63,960 nucleotides of DNA, filler included, from Lama guanicoe (GCA_013239625.1; 173 parts of 173 records of this genome joined end to end with filler, not necessarily neighbours in it); one strand, 5' to 3'; counted from the whole stretch's first letter, positions 1 to 13,823 are shown. Notes: generated by a model not told the origin, from the sequence alone. A program made the numbers and translations.

Positions 1-160
1 TACAAAAAATAGATAAACAGAAATGTCCTCCTGTGCAGCACAGGGAACTACACTCAATACCTTGTAATAGTTTATAGTGAAAAAGAATATGAAAAGGAAT
101 ATGTACATATACCTGTATAACCGAATCACTATGCTGTGCACCAGAAACTAACGCAACACT
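1..160 (+). mobile_element. L1 3' UTR end, young artiodactyl/camelid-type
   Basis: AAAATAGATAAACA..GTCCTCCTGTGCAGCACAGGGAACTACACTCAATACCTTGTAATA..GAAAAAGAATATGAAAAGGAATAT..TCACTATGCTGTGCACCAGAAAC. Related copies at ~38490-38630 and ~40830-40962. Confidence 0.8.
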
Positions 161-270
161 GCACATTCTCACGTGGTGTTGCTCTGAGCGTGCACCTTGG
201 TGTCTCTCTTCTGACAAGGGTAGCTGTCCTATCAGACCACGGCCCCAGCCTTAAGATTTCTTTTTTTTTT

Positions 271-370
271 NNNNNNNNNNNNNNNNNNNNNNNNNNNNNN
301 NNNNNNNNNNNNNNTTAATTAATTAANNNNNNNNNNNNNNNNNNNNNNNNNNNNNNNNNNNNNNNNNNNN
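271..370. other. Artificial 100-nt contig spacer N44-TTAATTAATTAA-N44 (first of ~172 copies, period ~370 bp)
   Basis: Identical structure throughout the window. The palindromic 12-mer at 315-326 puts TAA stops in all six frames, and flanking contigs are unrelated to each other. Confidence 0.99.
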
Positions 371-1110
371 TGACTAGCTCATGAATGAACTTTTGAAACC
401 CAAACCCATTTGTCCAGGCCGTCTACAACATACTGATGGCTACTATGGAAGTTTTACCTTTATAACGCCATCAAGTCAAGAAAATGTAATATAAAGTAAC
501 GTATTTTGTACCCTTCCTTCCTTCTCTCCTCCCCTGCTTCCTCCCTCTTTTTCTTTTCCCATGTTTCCCAAACACAGTTTTTTTTTTTTTTAATCCTCTA
601 TGTTCCAAGCTTTACCGGTAGAAGCCCCAGAAGTGTTGAGNNNNNNNNNNNNNNNNNNNNNNNNNNNNNNNNNNNNNNNNNNNNTTAATTAATTAANNNN
701 NNNNNNNNNNNNNNNNNNNNNNNNNNNNNNNNNNNNNNNNTAGGTGTAAGCTGAAGCTAAGAAGACAGATTTCCATTGGTGTTTTACACATACATTCCCC
801 CCCACACACATGTTTACATATATATATGTGTAAAGACAATTTTATAGGTAATGGAATGTTCTCAATAAAATTCCTATCTTTAATTTTGCCCTGTTTCTCT
901 TCTTATTTAAAACTTCATGTAAAGGTTTTATGTTCTGAATGTCCACAAATGGTGGCCCAGGAATATCAAGATGTTTAATCAGGAGCCCTCTTGCCAAATA
1001 CAGGGATAGTNNNNNNNNNNNNNNNNNNNNNNNNNNNNNNNNNNNNNNNNNNNNTTAATTAATTAANNNNNNNNNNNNNNNNNNNNNNNNNNNNNNNNNN
1101 NNNNNNNNNN

Positions 1111-1380
1111 AATATTGGACAATGTCCCTGGCTGCCCAGAACCCCGTGAGTTCAGTACCCAGGGCATTTAAGTGGTCTTCTTGCCCCCCCAAACACAACA
1201 TCTCTAATTCAGCCTCTAGAGCAGGGGATCCTAAGGACCTTTAGGCTCGTTGAATATAGTACTCTATGGAAAAGACTGTCGACACTATGGAAGGAAACCA
1301 TGATAGAGAGAAAACCATGAGACTCTAGAAAGATTACACCATTGAACATGTCATTGTTGTTATACAAAAAGCTGTGAAAA
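1111..1380 (+). mobile_element. Tigger3 (Golem)-like Tc1/pogo DNA transposon, decayed transposase DDE-domain fragment
   Basis: Conceptual translation ILDNVPGCPEP..*VVFLPP[frameshift]NTTSLIQPLEQGILRTF matches the pogo/Tigger motif LDNAPGHP..LPPNTTSLIQPLDQG. Contains an in-frame stop and a frameshift. Confidence 0.85.
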
Positions 1381-1974
1381 NNNNNNNNNNNNNNNNNNNN
1401 NNNNNNNNNNNNNNNNNNNNNNNNTTAATTAATTAANNNNNNNNNNNNNNNNNNNNNNNNNNNNNNNNNNNNNNNNNNNNATTTACCCTGCAACTTCCAT
1501 CCAGTCTTTGGGGCATGAAATCCTTAGGATGCTGGCAGCACCCACGGCTGTAAGAGGAAGATGCCCAGGCGGAGTTGTAGGGCTCAAAGGAAGGGATCAG
1601 GCAGACACCGGAACAGTGAGCATCAAGAGAGTAATGGGCAGCCTACCTGGAATTAGGAGCCAGATACTGGATAAAAAGACATTCATTAGCTAGCTGTCAT
1701 ATATACAGTGTGCATGTGACATGTGTGAACACTAGTGTGTGTGTGTGTATNNNNNNNNNNNNNNNNNNNNNNNNNNNNNNNNNNNNNNNNNNNNTTAATT
1801 AATTAANNNNNNNNNNNNNNNNNNNNNNNNNNNNNNNNNNNNNNNNNNNNGTTCCTACCCTACAGGGTGGGCAAGACAGAGCAAGCAGTGACTCTGGATT
1901 CCAGAGGCAGAGAGACGCCCAGGGGGAGGTCAGGGTAATGGTCCACAGGGCTCTACAAAGCAGAGAGAGATGCA

Positions 1975-2120
1975 CTGGACTGGACCCAGTTCTACCTGCA
2001 TCAGCCATGCAGCCTTAAGCAAGCTCCTTAAACCACCCTCTCTTTGAGCTCCAGTTTTCTTATCTATAAAGTGAAAATTTCAGAGCTACCTTGATGGGTT
2101 GCTGTAAGGATTCACAAGAA
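1975..2120 (+). mobile_element. MIR SINE core fragment
   Basis: GCCTTAAGCAAG..CTCTTTGAGCTCCAGTTTTCTTATCTATAAAGTG..CTACCTTGATGGGTTGCTGTAAGGATT resembles the MIR core. Confidence 0.7.
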
Positions 2121-5100
2121 NNNNNNNNNNNNNNNNNNNNNNNNNNNNNNNNNNNNNNNNNNNNTTAATTAATTAANNNNNNNNNNNNNNNNNNNNNNNN
2201 NNNNNNNNNNNNNNNNNNNNTGGCTTCTCCCAGTGCATTCGCACTTTCCTCTCTCTGATAGCATTTTCCGTGCTCGCCTGCAGAATCGTGGAGATGGTGG
2301 TGGCTGGGGTGTTAGGAACCTGGCTTCCAGACACTGGCTCTTTAGAGAGTGAGACTGCTGTCCATAGCTCCAGGACAAGGCTCGCTCTGAGCCCTCAGTG
2401 AGAGAACGAGAGGACAGGGAAATCCAGCCGAGTGAGGTCCGCTCCTCCCACCCACGGCTCCGTAGCCCCTCTGGGTCAGAGCAGCCGCGTNNNNNNNNNN
2501 NNNNNNNNNNNNNNNNNNNNNNNNNNNNNNNNNNTTAATTAATTAANNNNNNNNNNNNNNNNNNNNNNNNNNNNNNNNNNNNNNNNNNNNGAAGAACTGA
2601 TTGGCAAAGTATGGTTTGAGGTAAGACTGGTATGTCCCTTCATAAGAGAACACTCATATTTTATCTTTGTTTTTAGTTTCCATGTCGATGAAATAGTTAT
2701 AATATTTCAGTGTTAGAAAATAATTCTTTCATCATTTACCATGCTAGTTTCATAGACTCAAATATGTTATGTTGTATTGCATTTCAGATATAATGCCCCT
2801 TTCTTTCCCAATGTTGCCATTTTGTCATTGGGATACGGGAACAGTGGTGGATAGTCCATTNNNNNNNNNNNNNNNNNNNNNNNNNNNNNNNNNNNNNNNN
2901 NNNNTTAATTAATTAANNNNNNNNNNNNNNNNNNNNNNNNNNNNNNNNNNNNNNNNNNNNGGTATCCTGAAGAGACACCAAGTCTTTTTTGGCTTAATTA
3001 CCACAGAACAATTACTTTAAATCTGCAGGGCACAGTCACATTATTAGCTAGGCAAGGAGCCACTGCAGAGAACTGTTTCTTCTAATTTGATCTTTTTTTG
3101 TCATAAAATTCTATTTTGTTGAGTGACCCACATGGTTCTGAATGAAAGCACTGACCAACGAACACATTGAATATTAGTTACTACAATTATTTGGATGGTT
3201 CAGCATCATTTATTAATAATCCCAAGCATTNNNNNNNNNNNNNNNNNNNNNNNNNNNNNNNNNNNNNNNNNNNNTTAATTAATTAANNNNNNNNNNNNNN
3301 NNNNNNNNNNNNNNNNNNNNNNNNNNNNNNCTGTTCCTGACATATATAAAAGCAATTAATTTATGTATGTTAATCTTGTTACCAAACTCCCTTACCATAT
3401 CCAGTAGTTACTCAATAGATTGTTTTTTTAATTTTACATGAACAGTTATAGCAACTATAGTTGATGGCATGCCTGTCTATAAAGTTGAGCTAAACGGCAT
3501 ATATAGGAGCAAAACCAATTTTTGCAAAGGTATTTTATAGATAAAGGGCTTTGTCAAGACAAGCAGAATTTCCTCTAGCCTGGAGGAGGATTTGAAAAAT
3601 NNNNNNNNNNNNNNNNNNNNNNNNNNNNNNNNNNNNNNNNNNNNTTAATTAATTAANNNNNNNNNNNNNNNNNNNNNNNNNNNNNNNNNNNNNNNNNNNN
3701 AAAAAATAATTATCATATTGGACAATTCTAGTCATGCTAAGATGATAGCTTTTAGACACCTGGTTTATTAAATTCTGTTGCAGATAAAGGTGCCAGAAAT
3801 AAATTAATGACTGTTGTAACAGCTGGGTTTACAAGAAAAATACCTTGATATATTTTTTGACTCGTGATTGGTCTACATTTCAAGGGTATAAATTAATCTT
3901 CAGAAGATCCTAAAGAATATCTTCCCTGGACACTTCACTTATACATCAAGTTGGCCATGTTAGCAATCTANNNNNNNNNNNNNNNNNNNNNNNNNNNNNN
4001 NNNNNNNNNNNNNNTTAATTAATTAANNNNNNNNNNNNNNNNNNNNNNNNNNNNNNNNNNNNNNNNNNNNTTTCAGATGAGATTACACTGAAACACAGAA
4101 AGCAAACAGAGGTTGCTAACCGTGAAAAACATAGACCAAAAGTTCTGTTGTAGAGGAGCAAACATTGCAGGTAAATTGGAGGAAACGAAACAGAAGATTT
4201 CACTGAAAACAGCTCTCAACACAGCTGTGCGCCCACTCAGGACACCATCACCATCTTGCCACCACTGCCCCGAGCACATCGATGACATGACTTCTAAAAG
4301 CAACCCAGAACAACAAAAGGCGTGCACCACTAGTAGCCACNNNNNNNNNNNNNNNNNNNNNNNNNNNNNNNNNNNNNNNNNNNNTTAATTAATTAANNNN
4401 NNNNNNNNNNNNNNNNNNNNNNNNNNNNNNNNNNNNNNNNATCAGGATCCCAAATTACATTTAGTATGTCTCCTCCAATCTGTGACAGTTTTTCCATATT
4501 TCCTTGTTTCATGTCATTTTGACACTTTTGAAGATGTTTATCATGGTTAGACTGGGGTTATGGGTTTTAGAGAAGAATACCACAGAGCTGAAGTGCCCTT
4601 GCATCGCATCACATGTCAACGTGACTTAGAAAACTGGCGATGCTAACTTTGCAGGCTGATTGAAGTGATGTCTAGTAGATTTCACCCCTGTAAAGTCATT
4701 ATTTTTTTTTNNNNNNNNNNNNNNNNNNNNNNNNNNNNNNNNNNNNNNNNNNNNTTAATTAATTAANNNNNNNNNNNNNNNNNNNNNNNNNNNNNNNNNN
4801 NNNNNNNNNNTTTGGCCTCAGGTGCACTGTAGCTTGGGGATGGAATCAACAATGATTTCCAGAGTTAAAAGCAATAAATCTGCTACCCAAGGTGACTGTG
4901 GTAGAACTTAAGAACCATCCAGTTTCTTCATGTCATGTAGGTAAGCAAGAGAGTCTAGGACTGGGACTGGGATTGTCAGTGGCAATGGTACAGGGAGGTG
5001 GTATGGTAGAGTGGCTCATGTCACTGGGCCTGCATGACTATGGGACCTTGGGCAAGTTCAGTACAATGTATGGGACTTAGNNNNNNNNNNNNNNNNNNNN

Positions 5101-5180
5101 NNNNNNNNNNNNNNNNNNNNNNNNTTAATTAATTAANNNNNNNNNNNNNNNNNNNNNNNNNNNNNNNNNNNNNNNNNNNN

Positions 5181-5449
5181 TAGCAGCACAATATACAATA
5201 GCCAAGACATGGAAACAACCTAAATGTCCATTGACATATGACACTATAAAGAAGCGGTGTTATATTTATACAATGGAATACCGTTCAGCCATAAAAAAGA
5301 ATAAAATCATAACATGGATGGATCTAGAGGTCATCATTCTAAGTGAAGTAAGTCAGAAAGAGAAAGAAAATATATGGTATCACTTATATGTGAAATCTAA
5401 AAAATGAAAGAAAAGGAAGACAGTAATGAACTCATCTACAAAGTAGAAA
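5181..5449 (+). mobile_element. L1 ORF2 C-terminus/3' UTR start
   Basis: ACAATAGCCAAGACATGGAAACAACCTAAATGTCCATTGACA..CAATGGAATA..TTCAGCCATAAAAAAGAAT..ATTCTAAGTGAAGTAAGTCAG. Confidence 0.9.
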
Positions 5450-5549
5450 NNNNNNNNNNNNNNNNNNNNNNNNNNNNNNNNNNNNNNNNNNNNTTAATTA
5501 ATTAANNNNNNNNNNNNNNNNNNNNNNNNNNNNNNNNNNNNNNNNNNNN

Positions 5550-5818
5550 GCTTGTTTAGGTCTTCTGCCCATTTTTGAATTGGGTTGCTTGTTTTTTTCT
5601 TATTCAGTTATATGAACTGTTTATATATTCTGGAGGTCAAGCCTTTGTCAGTTTCATTTTTGCAAATATTTTCTCCCATTCTGTGGGTTGTCAATTTGTT
5701 TTGCTTTTGGTTTCCTTTGCTATGCAAAAGCTTGTAAGTTTTGTTAGGTCACATTTGTTGATTCTTGCCTTTATTTCTATTGCTTGAGTAGACTGTTCTA
5801 GGAGAACACTTTTGAGAT
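5550..5818 (-). mobile_element. L1 ORF2 fragment
   Basis: TTTGCAAATATTTTCTCCCATTCTGTGGGTTGTC..TTTCCTTTGCTATGCAAAAGCTT is the antisense of L1 ORF2 (EWEKIFAN region). Confidence 0.9.
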
Positions 5819-6288
5819 NNNNNNNNNNNNNNNNNNNNNNNNNNNNNNNNNNNNNNNNNNNNTTAATTAATTAANNNNNNNNNNNNNNNNNNNNNNNNNN
5901 NNNNNNNNNNNNNNNNNNAAAAAAAAAGTAAAGAATGAAAGTTTACACTACAAAGCAGAGTAGGCAAAGGAATGTTAAAAGACTTCCTGGGGGTAACAAC
6001 AATCATTGAATGTTAAATTGGGTGACGATATGTTTTACTTCTGTCTCCTCATCCCCGATTCTATGTTACGAGTTCTATGTTACACAATCATTAAAAATGA
6101 AGCCAGGAGTTTGAAATATTTTTAGTGTATTTTTCACCAATGAAAAGTCTCTACAGCGTCTCTTAAAATCAACTGTGTTTTTTTTTTTNNNNNNNNNNNN
6201 NNNNNNNNNNNNNNNNNNNNNNNNNNNNNNNNTTAATTAATTAANNNNNNNNNNNNNNNNNNNNNNNNNNNNNNNNNNNNNNNNNNNN

Positions 6289-6558
6289 CCCTCTGGTAAC
6301 CGTATGGTGGTTTTTGATGTCTGTGAATCTGTTTTATAAATAAGTTCATTGGTGTCATTTTTTTTAAAGATTCCACATGTAAGTGATAATATGATGTATT
6401 TTTTCTCTTTCTGGCTTACTTCTCTTAGTATGACCATCTCCAGATCCATCCATGTTGCTGTAAATGGTGCTTCTCTTTTTCATGGCTGAATAGTATTCCA
6501 TCGTATAAATTAGCACTTCTTTATCCAGTCATCTGTTGATGGATATTTAGGCTGTTTC
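6289..6558 (-). mobile_element. L1 ORF2 end/3' UTR
   Basis: Minus-strand translation MDLEMVILREVSQKEK is the L1 ORF2 C-terminal motif. Confidence 0.9.
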
Positions 6559-7028
6559 NNNNNNNNNNNNNNNNNNNNNNNNNNNNNNNNNNNNNNNNNN
6601 NNTTAATTAATTAANNNNNNNNNNNNNNNNNNNNNNNNNNNNNNNNNNNNNNNNNNNNATGGGTCACTGGGCCGAGGTGCTGGCAGGCCCCTGGCCTGGG
6701 GCCACATTCCACCTACCGTCCTGGTTCTATAACACCTGCGGGGTTATCTTCCTATTGAGACTCATCTTGGGGAGGAGAAAGGTGCCAGCAGAACAGGAGC
6801 CCCGGGTCATGGCAGGGAGGGAGGGGCGTGGGCACATTCCAGGGGAGCCCCTGGCCCTGAGCATAGAGGAGTCCTTGGTTGAGCTCCAGAGGCTGCTGGA
6901 GAGGAATTATGAGTTGGAGTGGGAAGTGNNNNNNNNNNNNNNNNNNNNNNNNNNNNNNNNNNNNNNNNNNNNTTAATTAATTAANNNNNNNNNNNNNNNN
7001 NNNNNNNNNNNNNNNNNNNNNNNNNNNN

Positions 7029-7298
7029 TTGATCAACATCTCCACTGAGATATCCAAGACTATCTTAAATCTTTCATGTTCAAAAACTGAATTCTTAAGC
7101 TCTCCTCTCCAAAGCAGCTCTCCCAGGGTCTTCCATATCTCACTTCTGGAAAATGTGTCCTTCTACAGGCTCAGGCAATTGTCAAGGTCATTCATTACAA
7201 AATCATGTCATCTGTGCCTTAAAGTAGGAGAATCTGACCGCTGCTTACCCACCTCCATGGTGCCACACAGCTCCAAGCCACCATCTCCTCTCTCCTGG
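7029..7298 (+). mobile_element. L2 LINE fragment
   Basis: CAACATCTCCACTGAGATATCCAA..ATCTTAAATCTTTCATGTTCAAAAACTGAATTC..CTCCAAGCCACCATCTCCTCTCTCCTGG resembles the L2 ORF2 3' region. Confidence 0.75.
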
Positions 7299-10200
7299 NN
7301 NNNNNNNNNNNNNNNNNNNNNNNNNNNNNNNNNNNNNNNNNNTTAATTAATTAANNNNNNNNNNNNNNNNNNNNNNNNNNNNNNNNNNNNNNNNNNNNCA
7401 TCTAACCTTTGGAAGGAAAACCTCCTCTGCTAATCTTCCAAGGTGCCGCAGCCCCCTCTCATCCCCTTCCTCAAAGCTCTTCTGGGCGTTTGAATGTGTT
7501 GACCGCAGTTCATAGAAGGAAGACGTGGTCTCTGCAGAGTTTTCAAAGCATTTGAAGTTAGAAACTGTAATTACTATTTTTCCTTTCTCCCGATCCACGT
7601 TGAGAAGGACAAGAAAACGACTCCAACTCTTTTTTGTCCCCAAGGGACAGGAGAGGCATCTATGAGGCNNNNNNNNNNNNNNNNNNNNNNNNNNNNNNNN
7701 NNNNNNNNNNNNTTAATTAATTAANNNNNNNNNNNNNNNNNNNNNNNNNNNNNNNNNNNNNNNNNNNNACTGTTCTTTTCTTTTTAGTCTAAAAGAATAA
7801 AGGCAGTGTATTGGACTACCACAAAATGTCATTTTTGCCATGTAGAACCAAAGTCTTGGTTTATTAAAAAAATTAGGAAATTATTTTATTGTGGAATTGT
7901 CAAATATGAATTATTTATGTAGAAGAGACATTTTATATTTATTTCTCGTGAAATGATTTCATATGAGAACAGTAACTTAGATCAGGCCTGCTATTGGCTC
8001 CCAGATATGTTCACCAAAAATTAATTGTGCCCATGATCNNNNNNNNNNNNNNNNNNNNNNNNNNNNNNNNNNNNNNNNNNNNTTAATTAATTAANNNNNN
8101 NNNNNNNNNNNNNNNNNNNNNNNNNNNNNNNNNNNNNNGGAAATATAATTTAACCATTGACCAACATGTCACCCATTTTTTGTTAATCTTAGTGTTTTCA
8201 AGAATATCTTAAATAAAAACAGACTTTTTCTCTTTTTTTTGAAGCAAAGAAAAAGTAAACATTTTATGATTCATTCTTATCTAGAAAATTCCATTCCGTT
8301 CAGTTAATGCTTGACTTACACATTCTTGTATTCACAAACCGGCTCTTTCTTTTTTATTTAATCAAATGCAGTTCACATCTGACTTCACTGATTGTTAAAC
8401 CAGGCTGTNNNNNNNNNNNNNNNNNNNNNNNNNNNNNNNNNNNNNNNNNNNNTTAATTAATTAANNNNNNNNNNNNNNNNNNNNNNNNNNNNNNNNNNNN
8501 NNNNNNNNTAAAGATTTCACATCACCATTTTGTGATTCCAGTGCTTTCACTTAAGTGAAGTTCCAAGGTAAATATTTCTTCATGTTTATAATGCACCTTC
8601 CTTCTACAAGTCATTTCCATGTGAGCATTATCATGTCACAAGACACGCAAAATAACTCACTTATTTATATACTTCCCTGTTGTAAAATAAAGGAAAAACA
8701 AAAGTAAGAGAAAAAAATGCTAAGAAAAATTTTATAAACATATTTTATTCCAATAGAAAATTAACTAAGTAACATATCNNNNNNNNNNNNNNNNNNNNNN
8801 NNNNNNNNNNNNNNNNNNNNNNTTAATTAATTAANNNNNNNNNNNNNNNNNNNNNNNNNNNNNNNNNNNNNNNNNNNNTTTGTATCATTTGATTGCCCTT
8901 AACCTCTCAAGCGTTTTCCTCCAGCCCACCCTACGTGGTACCATCTGCTTAGGAGTGAATGATGTGGACTATTGAAATTGAGATTTTTCACAAATGGAAG
9001 AAGCGCCTATTGGAGCGTTTCAGCTCATTGTGATTGTCACCATCACATCTGCACATGTTGCCCAGGAGGGGCCCCTACAATGTCCATCATCTGCCCGTGG
9101 GAGCCTGTTCGATCGGACATTCAGTACTTACTACTGTAGAATAAATCTNNNNNNNNNNNNNNNNNNNNNNNNNNNNNNNNNNNNNNNNNNNNTTAATTAA
9201 TTAANNNNNNNNNNNNNNNNNNNNNNNNNNNNNNNNNNNNNNNNNNNNGGGGAGTACTCGTGCGTGTGTGGGCAGGAGAGAACCTCAGCCACGCTCAACG
9301 TCAAGGGTAAAGACTACGTGTGGCCAAACATAGCTGTGTTTGGTGTCCAGTTGTTGACTTGATGGCATCTCCCTGCATTCATGCCACCTTCCCTCCTCAT
9401 CTCAGTGTCAACCCCTTCTCATAGCTCCATGGAATTCCTCCCACCTTCCTGGGCTTTTGTGTGAACCAGGAGAAACCAGCATCTGAGCTACTTCCCACCC
9501 AGGATGTCACTGCTGGTTNNNNNNNNNNNNNNNNNNNNNNNNNNNNNNNNNNNNNNNNNNNNTTAATTAATTAANNNNNNNNNNNNNNNNNNNNNNNNNN
9601 NNNNNNNNNNNNNNNNNNTAGAGCACAATTTTTCAGTTGTACATGAACATATATATGTTCATTGTCATGTTATTTTCTCTGTGAGCTAACATCATTTTTT
9701 ATACCAATAGATTCTATAGTCCAAACAACATCAGTGGGCATATAGCTGAATAACAGTTATCTTCATCAGAATATTAACTTGAAAAGAGGCACCTACCAAA
9801 AAATTAGTATCTTTCCCCCAAATCCCACTAAGCTCCATCAGTCAGAATTGGTTTCTAATGCTACGGAAAAATCTTAACTTGTCACATANNNNNNNNNNNN
9901 NNNNNNNNNNNNNNNNNNNNNNNNNNNNNNNNTTAATTAATTAANNNNNNNNNNNNNNNNNNNNNNNNNNNNNNNNNNNNNNNNNNNNGCTTCTTTTGAA
10001 ATTTTTTGCTGTTCTAAGTCCACAGTCATGGTCCAGATGGTGTCCACAACTATTGTATTCACTCCCATTTCTCAGTAACAAACTTCCAGCTGTGCCCTTT
10101 GCTTTTAAAACTTTGTATCTCTGTCATTTGTATTTTTCTGTTATTTTATGTGTTTGAAGCAAATGAAGTTAAGATGATGGTAAGGGGTGACATTAGAATT

Positions 10201-12208
10201 CCATCTGGTCTTATGTTAGTTTTAATATATCAAGAAAATTGTAGGTTAACAGAGTTCANNNNNNNNNNNNNNNNNNNNNNNNNNNNNNNNNNNNNNNNNN
10301 NNTTAATTAATTAANNNNNNNNNNNNNNNNNNNNNNNNNNNNNNNNNNNNNNNNNNNNAAAAAAAGCCAGTTTTATTATAAACATATGCATTATTATATT
10401 TAATTCTCATTATTTGTTATTAGTAATCTGAAAATATTTTAGACTACTAGGAAGAGAATGATTGTATACAGGAATATTACTAGTTTTAGTAATTTTCACA
10501 AAACAAATATTAGCTTTGTCTTTCTCTGGGATTACCATTTTGTTTCATATTATTTCCTGGCCTAGGATATTAAAAGCGATATTATATTGATGATATAATG
10601 CTCCCTTGATTTTTTTTTCTGAATTAAANNNNNNNNNNNNNNNNNNNNNNNNNNNNNNNNNNNNNNNNNNNNTTAATTAATTAANNNNNNNNNNNNNNNN
10701 NNNNNNNNNNNNNNNNNNNNNNNNNNNNAATAAAAATATTAAAAAAAATAAAAGCATCGAACACTAAAAACTGATCTTGGCATTATTAGATGAGTTTCGT
10801 GAGTGATTGTTGTTAGTTAAATAGACAACAGAGTTAACAGCCAGCTTTTTCTCTTACAACCAAGTATTACTTGAAGCCACTGAGGACCAGTATTAGCTCA
10901 GAAAGAAGGGGATTTGATATCAATGATCATCATGCATAAATGACCATAATATTTCTAAAACCCATTATCTCCCCATTTCAACACATAAACTCCTGCCANN
11001 NNNNNNNNNNNNNNNNNNNNNNNNNNNNNNNNNNNNNNNNNNTTAATTAATTAANNNNNNNNNNNNNNNNNNNNNNNNNNNNNNNNNNNNNNNNNNNNAG
11101 TTGGATCATTTTTTAAATCTAATATAAGATTCTCCTTCAACAAGTGCATTTAGTGTATTAACACTCAAAATGGTTGTTTATGTGGTTGAAACGTGCTAGA
11201 ATCTTGTCAGCTATTTTTTATTTGCTCCATTTGGTCCTTGTTTTATTTTCTCTGCTTTCTCTGCTTTAACTTAGTTTAACAATCCATTTTGTCTCATTTA
11301 TTGGTTACATATTATTTAAAAGCATATTTTAGTGGTTGCTCTAGTGTGTAGAGCATACTTAAAAAAAANNNNNNNNNNNNNNNNNNNNNNNNNNNNNNNN
11401 NNNNNNNNNNNNTTAATTAATTAANNNNNNNNNNNNNNNNNNNNNNNNNNNNNNNNNNNNNNNNNNNNGGAAGGATTTCAACATATTGATTCATTTATTG
11501 GATATGTTCACAAATCAATGGATGAACAGACTTCAGCCAATAGGCATATTATACTTTCCTGGCCATCAGGATTGTTTCAGGATTGTTTCAGCCCCAAAAG
11601 TATGTTCCTCAGAACAACTGCGAGGTGTGCTAGACACCAACGCTCTCTCCGAAGAGGGAGGTAGAAGGTGAGGGCTGCCATTGTACACCCATGAGAGGCA
11701 CCATTCTGAGAGCTGAGCTGGCCCAGGGAGCAGAGGGTNNNNNNNNNNNNNNNNNNNNNNNNNNNNNNNNNNNNNNNNNNNNTTAATTAATTAANNNNNN
11801 NNNNNNNNNNNNNNNNNNNNNNNNNNNNNNNNNNNNNNGCAGTGTGGGAGGGTCCCTTTTTCTTCACATCCTCTCCAGTGTTTATCATTTGTGGGCTTTT
11901 TAATGGTGGCCATTCTGACTGGTATGAGGTGTCAATCTAATTTTAAGGTTGATATCGGGAGCCAGTGAAACCCCACATCTTCAAATTGGTTCAAAGAATT
12001 TCACCATAATGGCTATATTGCCATTTTGATGAGTTACAGATAAACACTAAAAACTAATGATGGGCAAACAGATTTTTAAAAATCAGTTGCAGTATCTGAT
12101 TTGTTATGNNNNNNNNNNNNNNNNNNNNNNNNNNNNNNNNNNNNNNNNNNNNTTAATTAATTAANNNNNNNNNNNNNNNNNNNNNNNNNNNNNNNNNNNN
12201 NNNNNNNN

Positions 12209-12478
12209 TGCCCAGTTGCCTCTGACGCGCCTTTCCCGAGTTTCAGGCGCTCAGGCCGGCGCCACGTGGAAGCAACCAGCGCCTGACGGCGGTGCGCGCG
12301 CAGCCCGCAGACCTCCCGGCGTCGCGCCGCTCGGTGAGGGGCGCACGGGGCTCGCGCACGCCGGGCGCCCCGCCCTCAGCCCGCCCGTGAGGCCGCGCGG
12401 CGGGAGCTCGGCGGGGAGCTCGGCGTCTGGGGCCGGAGGCGTCTGCCCTCCTTGCCCGGCGGCCGCGAGCCTCTTTCT
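12209..12478. promoter_or_regulatory. CpG-island fragment (probable promoter/first exon of an unidentified gene)
   Basis: Very GC-rich with dense CpG. E-box CACGTG at 12263-12268 followed by GGAA, and an NRF1-like TGCGCGCGCA near 12293-12302. Confidence 0.75.
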
Positions 12479-13467
12479 NNNNNNNNNNNNNNNNNNNNNN
12501 NNNNNNNNNNNNNNNNNNNNNNTTAATTAATTAANNNNNNNNNNNNNNNNNNNNNNNNNNNNNNNNNNNNNNNNNNNNACGTGGAGGGGCCAAGGCTGAG
12601 CAGGCGGGGGGGCAGGGGTAAGAGGAGAAGTGAGGAAGGTGCCAGAGGGGTGCTCACTGGACCAGTCACTGGGCACCTGCGGGTTCAGGTGTGCTTTGCT
12701 GTCTGAGAGTCCAGGCCTCCCTGGTCCCTGGTGAGCATGACGTGACTGGGAAGGAGGCTGGGTGTGCCTTGTACAGCACTCCTGTCATCTTTCCCACGTG
12801 GGCCTGGTGCTGATGGTCATATTTCAGCCTCATTTTTCCATCCACCATNNNNNNNNNNNNNNNNNNNNNNNNNNNNNNNNNNNNNNNNNNNNTTAATTAA
12901 TTAANNNNNNNNNNNNNNNNNNNNNNNNNNNNNNNNNNNNNNNNNNNNAGAATGAATCTATAATTATGGAACCACAATGCTGTTCTATAAAATGACAATA
13001 GAATCCTTTCTTGCATCTGTCTTTGATAAGTAAAGATACAGCAGAAACTAAGACATTTTCCCTCACTCCCCTCCAATGAATAAATAAGAGGAAACCACAT
13101 TCAACAAGCTGCTTTTTTTCCTTATTCCCTTTTAATCTCCTCTTGCCTTTCTGCAGACCACAAAGAAGTAATAGAGCAATTAATCATACGATATTCCTAT
13201 CCTGACAGCACGGCCTCTNNNNNNNNNNNNNNNNNNNNNNNNNNNNNNNNNNNNNNNNNNNNTTAATTAATTAANNNNNNNNNNNNNNNNNNNNNNNNNN
13301 NNNNNNNNNNNNNNNNNNGTTATTTATGAGTTTTTATTCTATTGACTTGAGAACAAAGGAATAATATATAATTTTAGTTAGACTATTTTGAAAGCTAGGA
13401 TTAGGAAAGGAAAAACCCCAGTTTGTCAATCAGGGTTGCTTTTACATTGTTTTGCTTTTGTTTCTGA

Positions 13468-13587
<120 letters not shown>

Positions 13588-13776
13588 ANNNNNNNNNNNN
13601 NNNNNNNNNNNNNNNNNNNNNNNNNNNNNNNNTTAATTAATTAANNNNNNNNNNNNNNNNNNNNNNNNNNNNNNNNNNNNNNNNNNNNCCTTAATAATTT
13701 AAACGGTAAAATAAGGAAAAACAAGTCTCCCTGAAAAACCAGTTTCAACTCTACACCCCAAAAAACACTACCATGA

Positions 13777-13782
<6 letters not shown>

Positions 13783-13818
<36 letters not shown>
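13783..13818. repeat. (TG)n microsatellite
   Basis: Uninterrupted TG run of about 17-18 units. Confidence 0.95.

Positions 13819-13823
<5 letters not shown>

Noticed and set aside
4071..4340. Coding-looking contig with overlapping ORFs on both strands
   Set aside because: No recognisable family or motif in any frame, and the frame after the TTTCAG acceptor-like site stops early.
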